Notes: a model not told the origin generated them from the sequence alone. A DNA stretch of 64,000 nt from Candidatus Woesearchaeota archaeon (GCA_019322435.1 JAHWIR010000004.1:48604-112603), one strand, 5' to 3'; shown: positions 7,985 through 18,010, numbered from the stretch's first letter. Made by a program: numbers and translations.

Positions 7985-10399
7985 ATGAAGTTACCAAAAC
8001 ACTACGACTCAAAAACAGTTGAACCAAAGTGGCGAAAATACTGGGAAAAAGAAGAAATCTATAAATTTAATAAAAAATCAAAACTTCCTATCTACAGCAT
8101 AGACGTTCCTCCGCCATATGCTTCTGCAGGTCATCTTCATGTTGGTCATGCATTATCATATACTCAATTTGAAATAACTGCAAGATTGAAGAGAATGCAG
8201 GGTTTTAATGTTTATTTTGCACCTTGTTTTGATAATAACGGATTGCCAACTGAAAAATATGTAGAGGAAAAGTTTGGAATAGACAAATCAACAACAAACA
8301 GGGCAGATTTCATCAAATTATGCAGAGAAGAATCAAAAAAGGTTGAAAAGGTATATGCTGAAAATGTATTCAAAAAACTAGGGCATTCATATGATTGGTC
8401 ATTATTATACACAACAATAAGCCCGGAAGCTCAAAAAGTATCTCAAACATCTTTCTTAAAACTGATAAAACAAGGAGACTGCTATAGAAGCGAAGAACCT
8501 ACAATATGGTGCACAAAACACCAGACTGCTTTAGCTCAGGCAGAAGTCGAAGATGTAGACAGGACAACCAAGCTTAATTACATCTACTTCAACGTAAACA
8601 ACCAAAAAATAGGAATCGCAACAACAAGACCAGAACTTCTGTCAAGCTGTGTTGGAATATTTGTTCATCCAGATGATAACAGATATAAAAAACTAATTGG
8701 AAAAAAAGCAACAGTCCCTATATTCAATTACAAAGTTCCAATAATGACAGATGAAAAAGTAGACAAGGAATTTGGCTCTGGAATAGTTATGATTTGTACA
8801 TTTGGAGATACAACCGACATTGAATGGTGGAGAAAACACAAGCTTCCATTAAAGATCTCTATTGACCCTGATGGAACACTAAATGAAAACGCAAAAAAAT
8901 ACAAAGGCATGGCTTTATCAGAAGCAAGAGATGCAATCCTAAGAGACCTAGAAAACGAAGGAAGATTGACCAAGCAGGAAGATCTGAAGCAGACAGTTGG
9001 CGGATGCTGGAGATGCTCAACACCTGTGGAATTCATAGTAACAAAGCAATGGTTCATAAAAGCCCTGGACTACAAAAAAGAACTGATACAGCAGGGCAAA
9101 AAAGTAAGATGGTGGCCTGGTTTCTTTTTCAAGCGTTATGAAGATTGGGTAAAGAACCTTAATTGGAACTGGTGCATATCAAGGCAAAGATATTATGGTG
9201 TCCCAATCCCAGTCTGGTATTGCAAAAAATGCAGCACCCCTCTGCTTCCAGAAGAAAAAAACCTTCCAATAGACCCGATGAAAGACAAGCCCAAAAACAA
9301 GTGCAAATGTGGAAGCAGTGAATTCCAGCCTGAAGATGATGTATTTGATACATGGATGACATCAAGCATGACACCACAGATTGCTATAAGATGGCTGGAG
9401 CAGCCAGATGAATTCAAGAAAAGATTCCCAACACAGCTAAGACCCCAAAGCCATGATATAATAAGGACATGGGCATTCTATACAATCCTAAAATCCTATC
9501 TGCATTTCAAGGAAATACCTTGGACAGATGTCTCAATAAATACATATGTGCTTGATTCAAAAGGAAGGGCAATGCACAAGTCAAAAGGCAATGCAGTGTG
9601 GGCAGATGAATTACTGGAAAAATATTCAGTAGATGCATTCAGGCATTGGGTAGGAACAGCATCATATGGCTCTGATGTTCCGTTCAAAGAGCAGGAATTG
9701 GTTGCAGGAGAAAAGACAATCACAAAACTGTGGAATGCAAGCAAGTTTGTCTTGTCTCATCTAGAAGATTACAAAGGAAACAAGCCCAAATTAGAGGCAT
9801 TTGACACTTGGTTATTGGCAAAATTAAACAAGGTAATAAAGACAGCTACAGATTACTTTGATAAATTTGAATACGGAAAAGCAAACAAAGAAATAAACAA
9901 TTTCTTCTGGAACACTTTCTGCGATAATTACCTGGAAATAATCAAAGATCGAGTATACAATCCAGACAAGAGAGGTTCTGCCCCGCGCATCTCAGCCCAA
10001 TATAGTTTAAATCATAGTTTATCAACAATCCTAAAACTATTTGCTCCAATAATGCCTTTTATTACAGAAGAAATCTTCCACTTATACTTTGATAAAAAAG
10101 AAAAATCAATCCATATAAGCAATTGGCCAAAATATGATCCAAAACTAACAGACAAAAAACTGGAAGCAGCAGGCTCTTTAGCAATTGATATTATCGCAGC
10201 AGTCAGAAAAGAAAAAGCAGATAAAAACATCTCCTTAGGCCAGGAAATAAAGCAATTAACAATAAAAACAAAGCATCAAAAAGCTCTTCAGCCTTTCCTA
10301 GATGATATTAAATCAACAACAAGAGCACAAGATATTGTATTCAAAGGAGAAGCAGCAACAACTATTTCTGAAGATACAAAAATCGGAATTTCTCCATAA
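7985..10399 (+). CDS. valS: valyl-tRNA synthetase (class I aaRS, archaeal type)
   Basis: PPPYASAGHLHVGHALSYTQFEITARLKRMQGFNV...NGLPTE (archaeal ValRS N-terminal signature), WCISRQRYYG, KMSKS-type HKSKGN; 804 aa fits archaeal ValRS rather than IleRS or LeuRS. Confidence 0.65.
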   Translation: MKLPKHYDSKTVEPKWRKYWEKEEIYKFNKKSKLPIYSIDVPPPYASAGHLHVGHALSYTQFEITARLKRMQGFNVYFAPCFDNNGLPTEKYVEEKFGIDKSTTNRADFIKLCREESKKVEKVYAENVFKKLGHSYDWSLLYTTISPEAQKVSQTSFLKLIKQGDCYRSEEPTIWCTKHQTALAQAEVEDVDRTTKLNYIYFNVNNQKIGIATTRPELLSSCVGIFVHPDDNRYKKLIGKKATVPIFNYKVPIMTDEKVDKEFGSGIVMICTFGDTTDIEWWRKHKLPLKISIDPDGTLNENAKKYKGMALSEARDAILRDLENEGRLTKQEDLKQTVGGCWRCSTPVEFIVTKQWFIKALDYKKELIQQGKKVRWWPGFFFKRYEDWVKNLNWNWCISRQRYYGVPIPVWYCKKCSTPLLPEEKNLPIDPMKDKPKNKCKCGSSEFQPEDDVFDTWMTSSMTPQIAIRWLEQPDEFKKRFPTQLRPQSHDIIRTWAFYTILKSYLHFKEIPWTDVSINTYVLDSKGRAMHKSKGNAVWADELLEKYSVDAFRHWVGTASYGSDVPFKEQELVAGEKTITKLWNASKFVLSHLEDYKGNKPKLEAFDTWLLAKLNKVIKTATDYFDKFEYGKANKEINNFFWNTFCDNYLEIIKDRVYNPDKRGSAPRISAQYSLNHSLSTILKLFAPIMPFITEEIFHLYFDKKEKSIHISNWPKYDPKLTDKKLEAAGSLAIDIIAAVRKEKADKNISLGQEIKQLTIKTKHQKALQPFLDDIKSTTRAQDIVFKGEAATTISEDTKIGISP

Positions 10400-10520
10400 A
10401 AAACCATACTTTTGAAACGCTCAGTTTCAAATAGTAGGATTTTCTCCGAAAATCCGTAAGCTTTTTAAATAAATCTTTTTTCCTAAAATATATATACATC
10501 ATATAGTTGGAGGGATTATT

Positions 10521-11249
10521 ATGGATAGATTTCAAGAAGCACAACATGTTCAAGAAAAAAGAAAAAATGATTTTGGTAAATATAGAACTAAAGGAAGCAA
10601 TAATTCTCAAAAATCAATCAGTGATAGAAAAAGAATAGCAGTAAAAAATAAAGAAAAAGCTTCAATAAAATTTAAAAGAAAAAAAGAAGCGTATATTCCT
10701 GAAGATAGAGATGATATGACTACAGATTACACGATTGCTATAGATAATGCAGTTGGCTTATACTTTAATTTTGCCACATGCGACCCAAACAATGGAAAAG
10801 CTGTTTATTTACTTAAATCTGAACTAGATTCAAACGTAGATGCAATAATGCCGATAAATACTAATGGAGACAATGAAACTTCTGAAGTTGACAGATTAGC
10901 GCCAATGATCAACAAGATCCAAAAAAAATATAACTTGTCAGAAGGAATGGCAAAAGTAGTTTATGTCCTTAGCGAAGAATTCAATACAGATATAGGAAAA
11001 ATCGCTTCTCTTTACAAAACAAGGGGCTATCAGGAAACAATAAGTCACTTGGAATGGGCTGCTGGAAAACATGAAAGAAAAATGGCAGACCTTTCTTTAG
11101 AAGAAAGGCAAAAACTTGATGAAAAAGGAATGCTTCCAGAAGAATCTAAAGGTCTTGACTTGATGTTGAAAAAATTTGACGACCACACAAGAGATATGGA
11201 TGCTGACGAGCTAAGTTATTCTGCTATAAAGTTATCCTTGGAAAATTAA
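10521..11249 (+). CDS. hypothetical protein (basic N-terminus)
   Basis: 242-aa ORF, Lys-rich N-terminal 70 aa; 4-bp convergent overlap with cysS. Confidence 0.4.
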   Translation: MDRFQEAQHVQEKRKNDFGKYRTKGSNNSQKSISDRKRIAVKNKEKASIKFKRKKEAYIPEDRDDMTTDYTIAIDNAVGLYFNFATCDPNNGKAVYLLKSELDSNVDAIMPINTNGDNETSEVDRLAPMINKIQKKYNLSEGMAKVVYVLSEEFNTDIGKIASLYKTRGYQETISHLEWAAGKHERKMADLSLEERQKLDEKGMLPEESKGLDLMLKKFDDHTRDMDADELSYSAIKLSLEN

Positions 11250-12640
11250 GCCTTTTTCCACCTAACACCTTGAGGAGTATCCTCAAGTATTATTCCTTTT
11301 TCTTTTAATGCTTCTCTTATATTATCAGCTTTCTCAAAATCTTTTTTCTTTCTTGCTTCTTCTCTTTCTTTGATCATTGCTTCAATCTCTTTCCCTATTG
11401 TCCCTTTCTCATGCTCTATAAATCCTAAAACAGAATCAAACCCTTGCATCACTTTCTTGACAGCAGAAGCATTTGTCTTGTTCATTGAAGGCATCAGCTT
11501 ATTCACAGAATTCATAAAATCAAATATCGCAGCCAATCCACCAGAAACATTCAAATCATTGTCCATTGCTTTCTCAAACTTGCCCATTGCAACATCAATC
11601 ACTTCTTTAATCGCTTTAGTTCCCTTCCCATCTACTGAATCCAGCTTATCTAGGAAATCATAAAACCTCTGCAAAGTATCAGGGATCTTTTTCAGATTCT
11701 CTTCTCTAAAATCCAATTTAGCTCTATAATGTGTTGATAACAATTCATACCTTATTGCTTTTGAATCATAACCTTTCTTTAGCAAATCCCTTAAAGTATA
11801 GAAATTGCCCAATGATTTGCTCATCTTCTCTCCATTTACCAATAAATGCTCATTATGCAGCCAATAATTGCAGAACTTCTTGTCATAAGCAGCTTCACTT
11901 TGAGCAATCTCATTAGTATGATGCGGAAATATCAGATCAACTCCCCCCATATGGATATCAAAAGGCTGCCCTAGATACTTTGACGACATAACAGAACATT
12001 CAATATGCCATCCAGGCCTTCCTTTGCCTAGATCAGTCTCCCAAAAAACATCTCCATCAGCTTCATCCCAGAACTTCCATAATGCAAAATCATGAGCATT
12101 CTCCTTGTCATATTCATCTGCTGAAACCCTGCCGCTAGCCCCTGCCTCTAAATGTTCAATATCCAATTTAGCCAATTTCCCATAATCCTTAAATTTAGAT
12201 ATCTTAAAATAGATTCCATCATCAGTCCTGTAAGCATATCCTTTCTCCAATAATATCTTAACAAGCTCAACCATCTCGGAAATCTCCTCTGTTGCCTTTG
12301 GCATGATCTCAGGAATCTCAATATTCAATGTCTTCAAATCATCAAAAAATGCTTTTGTATAAAACTCAGTAAACTCTTTCAATGTTTTCCCTTCCTTCTG
12401 AGAATCCCTGATTGTCTTGTCATCAACATCAGTAATATTCATCACATGCTTCAGCTTATATCCCTTATACTTCAAATACCTCCTGACCAGATCATAAACA
12501 AGCATTGCCCTTAAATTCCCAATATGAACATAATCATAAACAGTAGGGCCGCAGGTATACATGCTGACCTCTCCTTTTTTAATAGGCTTAAACTCTTCAT
12601 TCTTCCTTGTCAATGTGTTGTATATCTTCAGCATAGCCAT
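11246..12640 (-). CDS. cysS: cysteinyl-tRNA synthetase
   Basis: MYTCGPTVYDYVHIGNLR (HIGH), KMSKSLGN, zinc-binding Cys/His pattern; 464 aa. Confidence 0.9.
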   Translation of the reverse strand: MAMLKIYNTLTRKNEEFKPIKKGEVSMYTCGPTVYDYVHIGNLRAMLVYDLVRRYLKYKGYKLKHVMNITDVDDKTIRDSQKEGKTLKEFTEFYTKAFFDDLKTLNIEIPEIMPKATEEISEMVELVKILLEKGYAYRTDDGIYFKISKFKDYGKLAKLDIEHLEAGASGRVSADEYDKENAHDFALWKFWDEADGDVFWETDLGKGRPGWHIECSVMSSKYLGQPFDIHMGGVDLIFPHHTNEIAQSEAAYDKKFCNYWLHNEHLLVNGEKMSKSLGNFYTLRDLLKKGYDSKAIRYELLSTHYRAKLDFREENLKKIPDTLQRFYDFLDKLDSVDGKGTKAIKEVIDVAMGKFEKAMDNDLNVSGGLAAIFDFMNSVNKLMPSMNKTNASAVKKVMQGFDSVLGFIEHEKGTIGKEIEAMIKEREEARKKKDFEKADNIREALKEKGIILEDTPQGVRWKKA

Positions 12641-12697
12641 AGTTTATTCAATATTCTTTATAAAATTAACTATAAAAATAGAAACCTTTATAAATAA

Positions 12698-12719
12698 CAT
12701 ATGAATCATATTTCATATG
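12698..12719. promoter_or_regulatory. inverted repeat CATATGAA-N6-TTCATATG overlapping the ArsR start codon; candidate autoregulatory operator in the cysS/arsR divergent promoter
   Basis: Perfect 8-bp arms read directly at 12698-12705 and 12712-12719; TATA-like TTTATAAATA about 15 bp upstream. Confidence 0.3.
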
Positions 12720-13016
12720 AAATGCCATGCATATAATGTATTTTTTGAGACAGTCGGAAACAAGACCAGATTAAAGATAGTTGAATCTCTGATGAAAAAG
12801 CCAATGTCAGTTACAGAGATCTGCAAAGCAACTAATGAAGAACAGTCTAAAGTTTCTCACAACCTAAAACTCTTAACCGACTGCCATTTCCTTGATGTAA
12901 AAAAACAGGGGAAAAAGAGAATCTATTCATTGAACAAGGATACAATAATGCCTTTGATGAAACTAGTAAGCAAGCACGTATCAAAATACTGCTGCAAAGA
13001 GTGTGTTAAAAAATGA
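12717..13016 (+). CDS. ArsR/SmtB-family HTH transcriptional regulator
   Basis: 99 aa; the winged-HTH pattern ...RLKIVESLMKKPMSVTEICKATNEEQSKVSHNLKLL... is typical of ArsR. Confidence 0.8.
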   Translation: MKCHAYNVFFETVGNKTRLKIVESLMKKPMSVTEICKATNEEQSKVSHNLKLLTDCHFLDVKKQGKKRIYSLNKDTIMPLMKLVSKHVSKYCCKECVKK

Positions 13017-13165
13017 AAAAACTTCTAAAAAAACTAGGAATAGATTTAGACAAAGAATATTGCTGCATAAAATGCAAAAAGCCAATGTCTGCAAAAATAA
13101 AGCGATGCCCTCATTGCGAAGCATGGAATGACTGCTGCAGCATTGACCCAAGACTATTGAAATGA
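13013..13165 (+). CDS. small zinc-ribbon protein (50 aa), below ORF-track cutoff
   Basis: MKKLLKKLGIDLDKEYCCIKCKKPMSAKIKRCPHCEAWNDCCSIDPRLLK; CxxC...CxxC. ATGA overlaps with both the arsR stop and the hydrolase start. Confidence 0.45.
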   Translation: MKKLLKKLGIDLDKEYCCIKCKKPMSAKIKRCPHCEAWNDCCSIDPRLLK

Positions 13166-13932
13166 CTGAAAAAAAATTATTCATAAAAAATAGAGATGGA
13201 AAAAAGATTGCTGTTTTATTAGACATAGGAAAAAAAGGATTAGTTTTTCTTATGCATGGATTAAGCGGCAGAAAGGAGCATGAATATATCCAAAAGACTG
13301 GCGAAGCTTTCAAAGAAGCTGATTATACAACTGTAAAATTTGATACAAGAAACACTTTTGGAGAAAGTGAAGGCAATTATGAAGATGCAAATATAACAAA
13401 TTATTACGAAGATTTAGAGGATGTTATCAATTGGGCAAAAACACAGGAATGGTATCAGGAACCTTTTGTCTTGGTTGGACAAAGCTTAGGAGGTATCTGC
13501 ACTGCACAATATGCTGAAAACCATCCAAAAGAAATCAAAGCATTAGCTCCAATTTCAACTGTGATATCTTGGGAACTCAAAATAAAAGATCCAGAGTATC
13601 AAAAAAAGGTTGCAGAATGGGACAAGACAGGATGGAGAATAAGCAAAAGCAAGACTCGCGGATTTATTAAAAAATTAAAATGGAAACAATTCAAGGAAGA
13701 TTATATGAAATATGATCTGTTAAAAGATGTCAAAAAGCTGACAATGCCTGTTTTGATGCTGGTTGGAGAAAAAGATGATTCAACTCCGCCAGAACGCCAA
13801 AAAGTTTTATTCAATGCTCTGCCAGAAAAAAAAGAATTCCACATAATTAAAGATGCTGAACATACTATAAGAGGAGAAAAACAATTAGAAGAACTAAAAC
13901 AAATCTTCAAAAATTGGATTAAAAAAATATGA
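13162..13932 (+). CDS. alpha/beta-fold serine hydrolase
   Basis: GQSLGG nucleophile elbow (GxSxG); 256 aa. Confidence 0.7.
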   Translation: MTEKKLFIKNRDGKKIAVLLDIGKKGLVFLMHGLSGRKEHEYIQKTGEAFKEADYTTVKFDTRNTFGESEGNYEDANITNYYEDLEDVINWAKTQEWYQEPFVLVGQSLGGICTAQYAENHPKEIKALAPISTVISWELKIKDPEYQKKVAEWDKTGWRISKSKTRGFIKKLKWKQFKEDYMKYDLLKDVKKLTMPVLMLVGEKDDSTPPERQKVLFNALPEKKEFHIIKDAEHTIRGEKQLEELKQIFKNWIKKI

Positions 13933-15083
13933 AAACAATATACTTAGACAACGCTGCAACTACAAAAATAGACCCTGAAGTAGTTAAAGCTATGAATATT
14001 TACCATCAAAAAGCCTATGGAAATGCCTCTTCCCAGCATCACAAAGGCCAGGAAGCAAAAAGAGCATTAGAAGAGTCAAGACATACAATAGCAAAATCAA
14101 TTAATGCAAAAGATGATGAGATATATTTCACTTCTGGAGGAACAGAATCAAATAACTGGGCTTTGATGGAATTGTTCTTTGCAAATCCAAAAAAAAATCA
14201 CATAATTACAACAAAGATAGAGCATGATTGCATCCTTAACACTTGCAAGCTTCTAGAAAAACTTGGAGCAAGAGTGACTTACTGTCCTGTTGACAAAAAA
14301 GGATTTGTCTCTCCTGTTTTCCTGGAAAAACTAATCAAAAAAGACACTTTAGTTGTTTCAGTGATCCACGGCAACAATGAGATTGGAACAATCCAGGATT
14401 TAGAAGCCATCTACAAGGTCTGCAAAAAACACAAAGTCCTGTTCCATACAGATGCCTGCCAGTCTTATACAAAAACTTCCTTATCAGCAAAACACGCTGA
14501 CTTAATAACTTTAAATGCTCACAAAATCCATGGTCCAAAAGGAGTTGGAGCCTTGTTCATAAAAAAAGGAGTAAAGATGAATCCTCTTATCCAAGGCGGA
14601 GGCCAGGAAAGAGGCATGAGATCAGGAACAGAAAACATCCCATCTATTGTTGGTTTTGCAAAAGCAGTAAAACAGGCAAAATCCTCTGATATAAATAAAA
14701 TGACAAAACTAAGAGATTATTTCATAGAACAATTATTAACAATTCCAGACACAAGACTGAACGGCCCAAAAAAAAACAGGCTTTGCAATAACATAAACAT
14801 CTCATTCAGATATATTGAAGGAGAATCAATCGGATCATTCCTTGATGCAAAAGGAATCTGCACATCAACAGGCAGTGCATGCTCTTCTTTTAGCCTAGAA
14901 CCATCTCATGTAATAATGGCTCTGGAACCTAACCCAGAAAGAGCCCATGGTTCACTAAGATTCTCAATATCTAAATACACAACAAAGCAAGATTTAGATT
15001 TTACAATAAAAAATATCAAATCAACAGTAAACAAACTAAGAAAAATATCTCCATTGACCAAAATTATGAAAAAGGTGCTATAA
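13929..15083 (+). CDS. iscS: cysteine desulfurase (class V aminotransferase, IscS/NifS)
   Basis: TSGGTESNN, PLP-lysine region SLSAHKIHGPKGVGAL, active-site Cys in the GSAC motif; 384 aa. Confidence 0.9.
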   Translation: MKTIYLDNAATTKIDPEVVKAMNIYHQKAYGNASSQHHKGQEAKRALEESRHTIAKSINAKDDEIYFTSGGTESNNWALMELFFANPKKNHIITTKIEHDCILNTCKLLEKLGARVTYCPVDKKGFVSPVFLEKLIKKDTLVVSVIHGNNEIGTIQDLEAIYKVCKKHKVLFHTDACQSYTKTSLSAKHADLITLNAHKIHGPKGVGALFIKKGVKMNPLIQGGGQERGMRSGTENIPSIVGFAKAVKQAKSSDINKMTKLRDYFIEQLLTIPDTRLNGPKKNRLCNNINISFRYIEGESIGSFLDAKGICTSTGSACSSFSLEPSHVIMALEPNPERAHGSLRFSISKYTTKQDLDFTIKNIKSTVNKLRKISPLTKIMKKVL

Positions 15084-15449
15084 ATGTACTCTAAAAAAGT
15101 ATTAAACAGATTCCAAAATCCAAAATTCGCAGGAGAAATCAAAGACGCAGATGCAGTTGGAGAAGTTGGCAATGTAAAATGCGGAGATATAATGAAAGTC
15201 TTCCTTAAGATAGAAGACAACATCATAAAAGACATCAAATTCAAGACATACGGCTGTGTTGCAGCAATTGCCTCAACAGATTTCTTATGCGAAATAGTGA
15301 AAGGCAAAACATTAAAGCAGGCACTAAAAGTAACAAGCAAAGATGTTGTAAAGAAAATGGGAGATGTTCCGCAAATAAAGCTGCATTGTTCTGTTCTTGC
15401 ACAAAATGCTCTAAAGCAAGCTATTGAAAACTACAAGAAAAAGCATTAA
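15084..15449 (+). CDS. iscU: IscU/NifU-like Fe-S cluster scaffold
   Basis: GNVKCGDIMKV, GCVAAIAS and LHCSVLA conserved Cys triad; 121 aa. Confidence 0.8.
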   Translation: MYSKKVLNRFQNPKFAGEIKDADAVGEVGNVKCGDIMKVFLKIEDNIIKDIKFKTYGCVAAIASTDFLCEIVKGKTLKQALKVTSKDVVKKMGDVPQIKLHCSVLAQNALKQAIENYKKKH

Positions 15450-15802
15450 TCCTTTAAATCAACACCGCCAGCTTTAGCATTACCATGAGTTCCTTTTACC
15501 TTTTCTATAGGAAACCTTTTCTCATACTCATCTAGAACTTTCAATGATTCTTTTTTAGCATCCACATCACAGATTGCTGCTATCTTCAAAATCAAAAAAG
15601 ACATATCTCCTACAAAATTCCCAACTTCATCCTTATGCTTCTCAAGCATTTCCTTCTGCTTCTCTTCATCAATCCATTTAATGAAATGCCAAAGTTCTCC
15701 TATCTCTTCATTCATATTAAGAAGCAAGTCCTTAATCTCCCAGACTTTGCCCCATTCTCTATCTTCATTAAACTTCTTGATTTTGTCTTGTGTTTCTTTC
15801 AT
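15446..15802 (-). CDS. MazG-like nucleotide pyrophosphohydrolase (all-alpha NTP-PPase)
   Basis: 118 aa with the EEIGELWHFIK...VGDMSFLILKIA pattern of MazG-domain proteins. Confidence 0.45.
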   Translation of the reverse strand: MKETQDKIKKFNEDREWGKVWEIKDLLLNMNEEIGELWHFIKWIDEEKQKEMLEKHKDEVGNFVGDMSFLILKIAAICDVDAKKESLKVLDEYEKRFPIEKVKGTHGNAKAGGVDLKD

Positions 15803-15835
15803 AAAAACAAGAGAGCTTGCTCTACTATTTAAATT

Positions 15836-15865
15836 TTTATAAAAAGAAAAGGGCTAAAATAGCCC
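15836..15865 (-). terminator. hairpin plus T-tract downstream of the 15854-16159 gene
   Basis: The minus strand reads GGGCTATTTTAGCCC followed by TTTTCTTTTT; the hairpin overlaps the stop codon. Confidence 0.35.
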
Positions 15866-16159
15866 TTCTCTTAATCCAAATAAGTCTTTGAATTCTTCAG
15901 CAACTTCTGGAGCTTCCTCTAATAAGACGTCATAGACATCTGTGCAATAGCAATGTGCACAAATACTCATGTATCTCCCGCAAAACATACAGCTGACATC
16001 CGTTGTATATCCATATGCTGGCTTCAATAGAATTTTGGATAGCCCTGGCTTCCAATGCCTAATCTCCTTTGCCAGACATTCTGGACATATTGGATTTGTT
16101 ATGCCTTCCCGACAGACGATGCATATTGCATCTTCGTTTTGTATTTGTGCTTTGTTCAT
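15854..16159 (-). CDS. Cys-rich small protein (multiple CxxC), probable zinc-binding
   Basis: CIVCREGITNPICPEC ... CMFCGRYMSICAHCYC; 101 aa. Confidence 0.5.
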   Translation of the reverse strand: MNKAQIQNEDAICIVCREGITNPICPECLAKEIRHWKPGLSKILLKPAYGYTTDVSCMFCGRYMSICAHCYCTDVYDVLLEEAPEVAEEFKDLFGLREGLF

Positions 16160-16399
16160 TTCACCTCACCTTTTGTATTTATCTCCAGGTTCAAGCAAAA
16201 CAACCTTTTTTTAAGGTATTAGAAAAAAGTTATGTTGCAAGAACCAAGGATTGTGATTGAGTTCTTACCACATAAATGGTTTTGTATAGCACCCTTTAGC
16301 TAGAACTGTAATTCTATGTCCAATTGACATACTAGGATGCATAATAAAGTATAAAAATAAGAAGTTGTATTTATATTTTGTGTATATAGTATATTATTT

Positions 16400-16687
16400 T
16401 TAAGCAAATTTTGGCTTTAACTTCTTTGTTGCCTTTCTTTCATCAACAACCCCTTTTGCCTTATTTATCTCCAAAGCAGCAGCAAGCTTCCTTGACTCAA
16501 ACTCCTTTCTTTTCCTGTCCCTTTCATCCTTATCTGCTATACTATTCAAATATCTATTTATTCGAACTTCATATTTAGCAAGAATCACCTCAGATATGTC
16601 TGCTTTCTCAGGACTCCTTTTTACTGAAGAAGCAAGCTTATCAAGCTTTTTCTTCATTCCTTTTTCACTAAATCCAAATCCAAACAT
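16400..16687 (-). CDS. hypothetical Lys/Glu-rich coiled-coil protein
   Basis: The track ORF 16400-16759 overlaps the fibrillarin 3' end by 62 nt; the internal Met (MFGFGFSEKG) gives a smaller overlap. Confidence 0.3.
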   Translation of the reverse strand: MFGFGFSEKGMKKKLDKLASSVKRSPEKADISEVILAKYEVRINRYLNSIADKDERDRKRKEFESRKLAAALEINKAKGVVDERKATKKLKPKFA

Positions 16688-16697
16688 TTTATCCACC

Positions 16698-17366
16698 TCA
16701 TTTCTTAACAACAAACATGCAGTGATCCCTTTCAAAAGGATCAAGAACTTTAAAATCAATTATCTTTAAATGTTTTTCCAATTCTTTTTTGACATCATCA
16801 AATATCTTGGCAGGCCTTTCAACAACATTAACACTTCTGGCCTTGACAGCCAGCAGCCCAATTCCGCCGTCTCTCAAGAACATATCACAATTCTTAATAA
16901 AAATATCAGCCTGATTCCTCTGTGCAACATCCATATAGACAACATCTACTCCTTTGACAACATTATCCTTATATTTATCTGGCCTGTTTGCATCAAAAAA
17001 CAAAGGAGCCATATTCTTCCTCTCCTCGCAGACAAAAACCAAATCCCTCATCACTCTTGGAGCAAAATCTAATGCAAAGACAAATCCCTTCTTCCCCACA
17101 ATATCAGAAACATGCGAAGCAGTAGTCCCATAAGCAGCTCCAAGATACAACACAACTGCTCCTTCGAAAATTCCAATCTCCTTAATCCCTTTTAGTATCG
17201 CAGCACATAACTTCGATTTCCTTGGATTCCACTCTCTATACTCATTCTTCCCGTCTTTAATCAACTTTTCGTCATAAACAGTCTTTCCAGGAGCCAGATT
17301 TTTGGTGAAAAGACTTCTTCTTTTCTTCCTTACTTCATAAATTCCTGCAAATCTGGATTTTTTCAT
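16698..17366 (-). CDS. flpA: fibrillarin (rRNA/tRNA 2'-O-methyltransferase)
   Basis: 222 aa; VLYLGAAYGTTASHVSDIVG SAM motif and the canonical archaeal fibrillarin length and pattern. Confidence 0.9.
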   Translation of the reverse strand: MKKSRFAGIYEVRKKRRSLFTKNLAPGKTVYDEKLIKDGKNEYREWNPRKSKLCAAILKGIKEIGIFEGAVVLYLGAAYGTTASHVSDIVGKKGFVFALDFAPRVMRDLVFVCEERKNMAPLFFDANRPDKYKDNVVKGVDVVYMDVAQRNQADIFIKNCDMFLRDGGIGLLAVKARSVNVVERPAKIFDDVKKELEKHLKIIDFKVLDPFERDHCMFVVKK

Positions 17367-18010
17367 TTTTTAGCAACAAACATATAATCAGTAAAAAATT
17401 TATATGTCTTAGTTCCTCCAACATCTACTTCTTTTAACACCTTAAATCCATTTCTTGAAAGCAAATCCTCAATCTCTTTTTTATTCCTATACCTGCAAAA
17501 GAATTCCTGGCTTCCTTTTCGTAATGCTTTACCCATTTTAATAAATTGAACTTTAATCCTATCAACAAAATTTCCTTCAAATACAGGATCAATAACAAAA
17601 AGTCTTCCTCCTTTTTTTAATATTCTATAAGCTTCCTTAACCACAGGATCAGCATTAAAAATATGATGCAGTGCAAACTTAATAATCACAGCATCGTATT
17701 TTCCTGACTCAAGAGGAACTTTAGAAACATCTGATTTGATTACCTTGAGATTCTTAATCTTTCCAAATTTCTTATTTATTATGTTGACCATTTCTTCAGA
17801 AGCATCAATAGCAATAAATTCTTTAACCTTATTTTTGAAGAAAGGTATAATATTCCCAGAACCAGTAGCAAAATCAACAACTTTCATTCTCTTATTTAGC
17901 TTTAACTCTGGCAGCAAATATTTCTCTACTGAAATAATCCAATCTTCTTTGCTTGCCCTTTTAGCAAAACTTCTTGCATGTTTCCCTCTTATTGCTCCTT
18001 TTGCTTTCAT
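17363..18010 (-). CDS. class I SAM-dependent methyltransferase
   Basis: VVDFATGSGN (motif I) and RLFVIDP (post-II); 4-bp overlaps with both neighbours inside the Nop5-fibrillarin operon. Confidence 0.7.
   Translation of the reverse strand: MKAKGAIRGKHARSFAKRASKEDWIISVEKYLLPELKLNKRMKVVDFATGSGNIIPFFKNKVKEFIAIDASEEMVNIINKKFGKIKNLKVIKSDVSKVPLESGKYDAVIIKFALHHIFNADPVVKEAYRILKKGGRLFVIDPVFEGNFVDRIKVQFIKMGKALRKGSQEFFCRYRNKKEIEDLLSRNGFKVLKEVDVGGTKTYKFFTDYMFVAKK

Noticed and set aside
8212-10230. multiple minus-strand ORFs (66-109 aa) inside valS
   Set aside because: Antisense to a conserved aaRS gene; Cys/Ser-rich low-complexity translations.
10400-10520. hairpin TTTGAAAC-GCTCAG-TTTCAAA after valS as a terminator
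   Set aside because: There is no adjacent T-tract on the coding strand, so it is weak evidence and is only noted.
11370-11916. plus-strand ORFs inside cysS
   Set aside because: Antisense to cysS.
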